A DNA stretch of 64,000 nt from contig OZ024742.1 of the NCBI GenBank assembly GCA_964016885.1, positions 321,346,001-321,410,000 of the forward strand, given 5' to 3'. Below, one piece after another: positions 55,325 to 64,000 of this stretch (positions are counted from its first letter, which is position 1; every line of letters starts with the position of its first letter). The position numbers and the translations under genes were made by a program. The notes below the pieces were generated by a model that had not been told where the DNA came from, made no database searches, and saw only the letters and a program-made list of their open reading frames with translations. This stretch comes from Eledone cirrhosa (lineage: Eukaryota).

Positions 55325-55918
55325 TGGGGGGGGGGGGTGCGCGCGCGTATTAAGGTGTTCCTTTATGATATACATACAACAATGTCATTCACTCAAAATT
55401 AAATTGTTTCCAATAATAAATGGCCTCTGAAATGTACTTTGTATAGCTCAGCTCATATATGTATCTCTAAACGTATTGTTATAACTCTGGGGTATTATTC
55501 TCCATCGAGTGCTAAAGCTACATTCCGAATCTGCATTCGTTAGCTTAGCCGCAGCCTAAAGCTTCGTTAATGCTGTACTAAAATGTGTATATATATTTAT
55601 ATATAAATATATCCGTATGTAGTTAACGGCTGAGACAAAAGAGTACTCGATCCCGAAGTAACGTTCGAATAGTGAGTCGTGTTACTCTAGAGATTCGCCT
55701 GTTTATCAACTTCAGAGTAACCAGACTCACTATTTAGACTTAATTAAAGATATATAATATATATGTGTGTGTGTGTGTATGTATATATATACACACACAT
55801 ACAGACACACACTCATACAGACACACACACACACACACACACAAACTGTTGGAGGCTGTCTTCTCACACTACAACAGTTTCTGTTTTACTGGCAGTCACC
55901 CAGTAAAATTCTTTTTCC

Positions 55919-56388
55919 TTTTTCATTTTTCATTTTTCATTTTTCATTTTTCATTTTTCATTTTTCATTTTTCATTTTTCATTTTTCATTTTTCATTTTT
56001 CATTTTTCATTTTTCATTTTTCATTTTTCATTTTTCATTTTTCATTTTTCATTTTTCATTTTTCATTTTTCATTTTTCATTTTTCATTTTTCATTTTTCA
56101 TTTTTCATTTTTCATTTTTCATTTTTCATTTTTCATTTTTCATTTTTCATTTTTCATTTTTCATTTTTCATTTTTCATTTTTCATTTTTCATTTTTCATT
56201 TTTTTTCATTTTTCATTTTTCATTTTTCATTTTTCATTTTTCATTTTTCATTTTTCAATTTTCATTTTTCATTTTTCATTTTTCATTTTTCATTTTTCAT
56301 TTTTCGTTTTTCATTTTTCATTTTTCATTTTTCATTTTTCATTTTTCATTTTTCATTTTTCATTTTTCATTTTTTCATTTTTCATTTT
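55919..56388. repeat. (TTTTTCA)n heptamer satellite
   Basis: Directly visible. Confidence 0.97.
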
Positions 56389-56457
56389 CCTATTCTCTTT
56401 TCCCTATCTTCCATGATAAGTATGGGTTCTACGTAACCCTATTTTGTAATCGTATCG

Positions 56458-56518
56458 AAGTTACCTGATGAGATATTTGGATGATGGAACTGCGCCATTG
56501 AAATATGTTTAGTGATTT
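56458..56518 (+). ncRNA. Hammerhead motif with intact core and weak stem II/III
   Basis: aagttac-CTGATGA-gat...catt-GAAA-tatgtt-TA-gtgattt; 7-bp stem I including G.U pairs. Confidence 0.55.
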
Positions 56519-56604
56519 CACGGAATCAAAATTTACAGCATATCTTCCAGCCCTGCCTTCTGTTGTCGTTTAAATATAAATAAATAAATAAATAAATAAA
56601 TATA

Positions 56605-56673
<69 letters not shown>

Positions 56674-56973
56674 CCGCCTGTGACCTCTGTATCGTGTATT
56701 AATTTCTCCCTCCGCCTCCTGAGATATTTTCACTTGCTACAAGGGAAACAGTCATTTCTCTTCACCGATGTATCACGTGTTGTTTCCTCTCCGCCTATAG
56801 AGATTTTCTCACTGGGGTGTTTCTTGATTTTCTCACTGGGGTGTTTCTTGAAAAGCTGATTTGCCTCACAACGATGGTGAATTTCTATAATGTACAATTG
56901 TTGCATATGGATTAGCGAAACTGCGCAGTCGGGACTTTGGCGAAAAAAAATATTTTTGTCTATCATTTCCTCT

Positions 56974-57054
<81 letters not shown>

Positions 57055-57479
57055 GAGGATTGGTGCGCTGAAAAAGCGATGTATACATGATTGTATGCAT
57101 GGTATATTTGGCAATATACGGTATGTTTAATTAAAAACATTTTGAAGACCATACGCTATCAGTTTTAAAGTAGTGACTATGTCACTTACTTCTTTTCGGT
57201 GAAAGAAGGGAGAGAAGCTGACAGTCTGTTGCACGCTGGTTGGCGATCATCAGAGCCACGCATTTCCCTGCTTCCGCCGAAAATTATAGAAGCTGGATTC
57301 TTATAGAATTCCAGTAATAATCAGGAGCTGATTATACAGAGCGATTGCCGGTCCAGCAAAAATTAGGAATTAGGATTGGTGCTCCGAAATAGCGATGTAT
57401 ACATGAATGTATGTATGGTATATTGCCAAATATATCATACATACATTCATATATATATGTCTGTCAGTATGCTTTATAA

Positions 57480-57835
57480 CAATGGGGGTGTGGGGTCCGT
57501 GCACTAGTAGTTAACTGACTACTCTCTTCCCAACGATAGTCATGCGGTATGACTGGAGGGTAAATAATGGTGGTTTGTCATGTTAAAAATGAACATGCAT
57601 CATCTGTATTGTATCCCAGAGCCACCGATTGTTTCATGTCTTACAACTTACACCACAGCCATGTGGTGACTAAACCAAGTTTAATCAAGCTTCAGTCGGT
57701 GTCCAAGTGGTATACCTAGTACTGACCCTACAAGACACTTCTCATTAGCCATAGCCATCTAGATGCCCTCTCTACTACTTCCACGTTATTCTTGACAGCT
57801 CTTCCCTTGCTTGCTTCTGTGATGACCAGAGTTGC
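57480..57835 (-). mobile_element. HERO-like (RLE) non-LTR 3' fragment with probable 3' UTR
   Basis: GRAVKNNVEVVERASRWLWLMR..* at 57728-57835. Confidence 0.7.
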
Positions 57836-57864
57836 GTTCACTTTACTATGGAAATGATTTACAA

Positions 57865-57969
<105 letters not shown>

Positions 57970-58262
57970 ATATATATATATATATTAAAATATTGATTAA
58001 TACGTAAAGTAATTAATGAGATTGTCAGACAGAAGTATAGGTTAATCAGAGTGCTGCAGGTAGTCACTATTAGAACCTAAAGTCAACTGTACTAATGTAA
58101 ATTTTAAAATGTCATTAGGACCAATAACATATAAATTCAAGGGTAAGATATTGTCTAGACAAATGTACCCACGTTATGCGTGTTTGTACGATTATACAGG
58201 AGCAATAGTTGTTATATGATCGGTTCGTACCGTCCATACACACACACACACACATATATATA

Positions 58263-58303
<41 letters not shown>

Positions 58304-58783
58304 TTCCACATTTTCCCGAATATTTTTCGCGGATGTAGAGGTTATCTCCCTTGCCGAATTCCATGTGCGTATTTAGCTTGGGTTATGCCATTTCATTCGT
58401 TTGGACAAAGCTCGTTGAAGAAGTAAATTTTCCTGTCCACTGATATCTAGAAGTCTTATATATTTTTATGTGAGCTGATAGAGAACAGTTTAAGGATTTA
58501 CAGAAACCCAAGAAGCTAGATTTAACATCTTCCTAGCGGGTCCGGGTATGCTTTTTACATTCATTTAATTTATTGAATTATTGATATTTTTTATCTGAGT
58601 GTCCCGAATCTTCCGGATCGCAAATTTTCGATCGTACGGTTGATTATAGACTTGTTCTGTGTGTGACGGTATTTTAACGATAGTTATAGCTCTGATTTAT
58701 CTAAATTATGGAGCACTCTGCCGCTCATATCGAATTTTGTTTATCGTGAACTCGTGCGCCGATTTTTCGATACTCGATTATTC

Positions 58784-58923
<140 letters not shown>

Positions 58924-59271
58924 AGAGAGGGGGGATGCATTGCCAAAGAAAACTTGGATAGCAAGTCAAAGGACTTACATCTTACATAGATGGTAAAATT
59001 TCAATTATTCGTACACACACATATATATGTATATGTATATGTATATATGTGTGTGTATATATATATGAAGGTAAGCATACATTTCAACTAGATAGATATG
59101 TAGGTTTACAGAGAATGATGTTTATGTGAGTAGGGTGTATATGTGATCTTTAAATTTTTCTTATTATTTCTGTGACGTGAAAGTATCATATATAAACTTT
59201 TTCTATCACTGCTTTTCTCTCCGATTCTTCTGTTTCTCTCATCTATACGTATCATATATGTATACACACAC

Positions 59272-59363
<92 letters not shown>

Positions 59364-59440
59364 ATAAATATATACTTATATCTAGACATATATACATACG
59401 TATATATATATATATAAATATATATACATATATGCATATA

Positions 59441-59530
<90 letters not shown>

Positions 59531-59617
59531 CATATAAATATATATATATATATATAAATATATACTTATATCTATACATATATACATATGTACATTAATA
59601 TATATATATATATATAA

Positions 59618-59764
<147 letters not shown>

Positions 59765-60299
59765 CATACATCATACATACACATACATATATATATATAT
59801 AACATACACATACATACATCATACATACACATACATATATATATATATAACATACACATACATATATATACATACACATACATATATATATACATAACCA
59901 TACACATACATATATATACATACACATACATATATATATACATAACCATACACATACATATATATACATACACATACATATATATGTACTTCAAGCACTA
60001 AGTTTTGTCTGTTCCGTGCGATTTTAGCTGTTCCAAGCTTCTTTTGGTCTGAGATTAGAAGCTTAATCCACGTATTATCATAGTTATCTCTCACCGTCCA
60101 CTGACTGTATTATAAGTCACTGATATCCACTGACATACATACACATACATACATACATACATACATACATACATACATACATACATACATACATACATAC
60201 ATACATACATACATACATACGTACATACATACATACGTACATACATACATACATACATACATACATACATACATACATACATACATACATACATACATA

Positions 60300-60858
60300 C
60301 ATGGTGGCTGCCAACTCGTTTTCGAGTACGGCCACTACTTTATATCCATGTAGGAGAACCCCTACCGATGCGCTAAACAAGTGTGACTCTTTACTCCAGC
60401 CAGCGACTTGAAAACTCTGGTACAAACACTACACCTGTGACAATTATTGACACATAGTGCTGGGCCCATGCTACCATGTGACGACAAGTGCAGAGAGATC
60501 TCCAGATATAAAGCAATGCCTGTGCCGTGAAGCTTTTATAGTGAGCAAAGGCACTGCACAAAGCCAGTCCCACTCTCTTAACTAAGATGATATTTACCAA
60601 AAAGAAGAACAAGCCAACATCATTGGATACCATCAGAGTTGCAGGTGTTATATCAGAGTTTTCCTTCTCCTAGAATTCTGCCTTGACAAAGGCTAAGGGG
60701 TCATCTCTCCCGGTGATTTTGGATGGCCGTTGACTTTTAAGAGCTCCTTTGCCCTTTGACAGGTTTTGTTTTTAGTCCTGCAGGATGTCCAAAGTCACCC
60801 TCCTCACCAAGAAACCTTGGTGGGTTTCCAGTTTAGTCGCCAACGACCCGACCATGAG
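60300..60858 (-). mobile_element. RTE-type 5' region fragment between (CATA)n tracts
   Basis: ctaggagaaggaaaactctgat motif; homologous to 40360-40625. Confidence 0.55.
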
Positions 60859-61329
60859 ACATACATACATACATACATACATACATGATGATATTGATGG
60901 CTGCCCCCTCGTTATCGAGTATGGCCATTGCATGAGGAGAAAAAAAATATATTAATAGATAAATAAAAAATAAAATAATACAAACATACACACATACATA
61001 TATACATACATACAGGCAAACATACACACATACGTACATACATACGTACATACATACATACATACATACATACATACATACATACATACATACATACATA
61101 CATACATACATAAAGGCAAACATGCACGCGCGCATCTATACGAATACTTTTATGTGTGGAAACATACTTCCTTTTGTTTATAACTGCTCATATATGAGGA
61201 TATGATATATATATATGTGTGTGTGTGTATGTATGTATGTATGTATGTATGTATGTATGTATGTATGTATGTATGTATGTATGTATGTATGTATGTATGT
61301 ATGTATGTATATGCATGTATACATGTATG

Positions 61330-61391
<62 letters not shown>

Positions 61392-61474
61392 GTATGTGTG
61401 TGTGTGTCTCGGTGTGTGCGATTATGAGAGTATGCATTTGTATGCTCATGTATGTATACATATATATATATATA

Positions 61475-61603
61475 TATCAAGAAAACAAGAAACGAACAAC
61501 AAGAGTATACATTAACATAAAGTCGTATTAGTTTCACGCTTCAAAGAAAGAGAGTGAGTTAAACAGTCAACCTATCGTACATTTGCCTTTCATCAGGAAT
61601 AAC
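61475..61603 (-). mobile_element. PLE terminal module homologous to 733-838 (CTGATGA...GATA)
   Basis: Shared gttgactgt.taactcactctct..gcgtgaa. Confidence 0.6.
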
Positions 61604-61706
61604 ATATATATATATATGTGCATGTATATATATATATATACTGTTTAATGCACAAGACATTGTTAACTATATACTTATATAGAAGTAAACATTAATACGA
61701 ATACGG

Positions 61707-61770
<64 letters not shown>

Positions 61771-62374
61771 GAGAAGAAGGAATACTGAGTGGTTGCACAT
61801 GGGTTACATATGATAAAAATAGTCCTTCATCAGTGATTTTCCAACCTTCATTGGTATTTCATCGCTTTAAAAATCATATACCTCCAGTTGGTGCGAGCAA
61901 TAGCTAAATAAAGCTATTGGGACAGGTACATATATATGTGTGCGAGTGTGTGTGCGTCTTTATGTGTGTGTCACTGTGTACGTGTTCACACGTGTGTGGG
62001 TATATGAGTGTCTGTGTGTATTTGCGTGTGTGTGTATATATGTGCACGTGTATGCATGTATATGAAAATTAATATTCTTTCACTAAATGATCATATTTAA
62101 TGAATCCCAGATTTTTTTCCTGTGGTAGTTTTGTTTCCTTTATTAACTATATATATATATATACAGATGTTAGAAAAACCACAGACCCTCCATCTCAACT
62201 CTACTTTTGAAAAGAACTGCGAAACCGGCGGTAAAGGAACGAAATAAATATATATATATTTTTTAAATAAGACTCCAGTTGCATTATTGATTTCATCTTT
62301 TTTTCTTTATACTTTCACTCGTGTAGGACACCTCGGTTATTTTTCATTCTGTAAAAAAAAAACCTCACTTTCTA

Positions 62375-62453
<79 letters not shown>

Positions 62454-62468
62454 AATATATACATATAT

Positions 62469-62549
<81 letters not shown>

Positions 62550-63190
62550 CTTCTAGATGTAGTCTTTGAAATTTTATCTTCATGAATCAAACTGTCTATA
62601 AAACACACACATAGAAATACGCATACCTACCTACATACATATATACACACATACCTATACACATACATACATTCATACATACATACACACATACATACAT
62701 GCATACATACATACATATATATATACATACATTCATATTTGCATACATACATACATACATATTTGCATACATTCATACATACTTACATACATACATACAT
62801 ACATATATACATATATACATTTACACATACATACATACATACCTGTGTATATAGGTATAGACAAGCAGTGCAATGAAGCGTGTGTGCATAAATCGACGTT
62901 GCATGAACATGCTTAAAGCAAAGCATCTGATGTGTTGTGATGTGTGGAGATATGCTTGATCTGGTACAAAATAGCCCGGCATATTTGCGCATACTACAAA
63001 CACACGCATATACACACAGACACGGGAAAAAACATACTTCTACATACGCAGAAGCACATAGTAATACACACATATGATTACATACACATACGTAGTCATG
63101 CACGAACAGAAACGTACACTCAGCGGCGTACAGACATACACTTTCACCTGAAGATACATATAGATAGATAGACAGATTGACACACAGAGA

Positions 63191-64000
63191 GATAGATAGA
63201 TTTCTTTATTAGCCACAATGGCGCAACAAGAAAGGGGACAATACAAAGACATGCCGGGGATTTTACATACAGTCGTGTAAAAAATATAAAAACAAACAAT
63301 TTCAACAATCGAAATCCCCAATAGGGAGAAGGCGCCACAAATGGGTTGTTTAATACCCCGTCGATAGAACAACCCTCAACTCGAGGAGCGTGTTGTGCAA
63401 GTGCTCCTTTCTTCCTTTTGCTCTCTTCCTCAACCTACAGGCTTATAAACAGAGAAGGCCCAATCACTCGGGCCATTTTCGCTTCATTCACCCACCTTTC
63501 AGTAAATTTACTGGGGTGTAGTGCCTCTCTCTCCACCCTGATTCTCCTTCTAAAGTGATACTTAAAGAAGGGAATCAATTGTTGTCCGGAGAGAAAGGCA
63601 TCTGTCCTCAGTCCTCTCAACCTCGTCCACCATATAACTTCTTTCACCATAGCCACCGTACAGAGGAAAACCGCCTCTCTTTCGTTTTTGAAAGAGTCTG
63701 GCGGTTTGATCCTTACTATGGACTTGGCAGTCAACTGTATTTGTCCCATACGCGACAGCAGTTGTTCTGCATAGTTCCACAGGTCGCTAACGCCCGGGCA
63801 GTGTACAATTGCGTGCAGAACTGTTTCAATGTCCTGCGCACATCTTGGACACGTCCTCTTGGAAGGATCCCTGCCAGGGCGTCCGTGCCTGTAGATCTTG
63901 TCACGAACCGGTAGAGCTCCTCGGTAGCACTGCCAGGCCAGGGACCTCTGGAAGTTGTCCATAGGTCCCGGGCGGAAAGTCCTACCAAACAGACTGGTGA
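63191..64000 (-). mobile_element. 3' end of a second Tx1-like LINE, running off the window
   Basis: ORF 63435-63962 (CPRC..ETVLHAIVHC) is homologous to 30480-31008; both copies share the end tgtggctaataaagaaat. Confidence 0.92.

Overview
AT-rich, microsatellite-saturated eukaryotic DNA. The SINE families and repeat style suggest an octopus or other cephalopod genome (inference). I could not support any host protein-coding gene; most of the ORF track is microsatellite artefact. The window is a nest of transposable elements. It holds two 5'-truncated Penelope-like elements (PLEs): a Naiad-type GIY-YIG end and a nearly intact RT+GIY-YIG ORF. It also holds a Naiad-type RT fragment, a near-full-length degenerate Tx1-like LINE inserted in an RTE LINE (with TSD), the 3' end of a second Tx1, fragments of RTE, CRE, HERO, Merlin and mariner elements, and tRNA-derived SINEs. 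Two signals stand out. (1) About 18 minimal type I hammerhead ribozyme (HHR) motifs, about 10 with intact cores, sit on short PLE-terminus-like modules embedded in (TA)n. (2) Fold-back palindromes and inverted duplications are unusually frequent and often sit exactly at the 5' junctions of PLEs or HHR modules. All coordinates and alignments were read by eye and may be off by a few bases.
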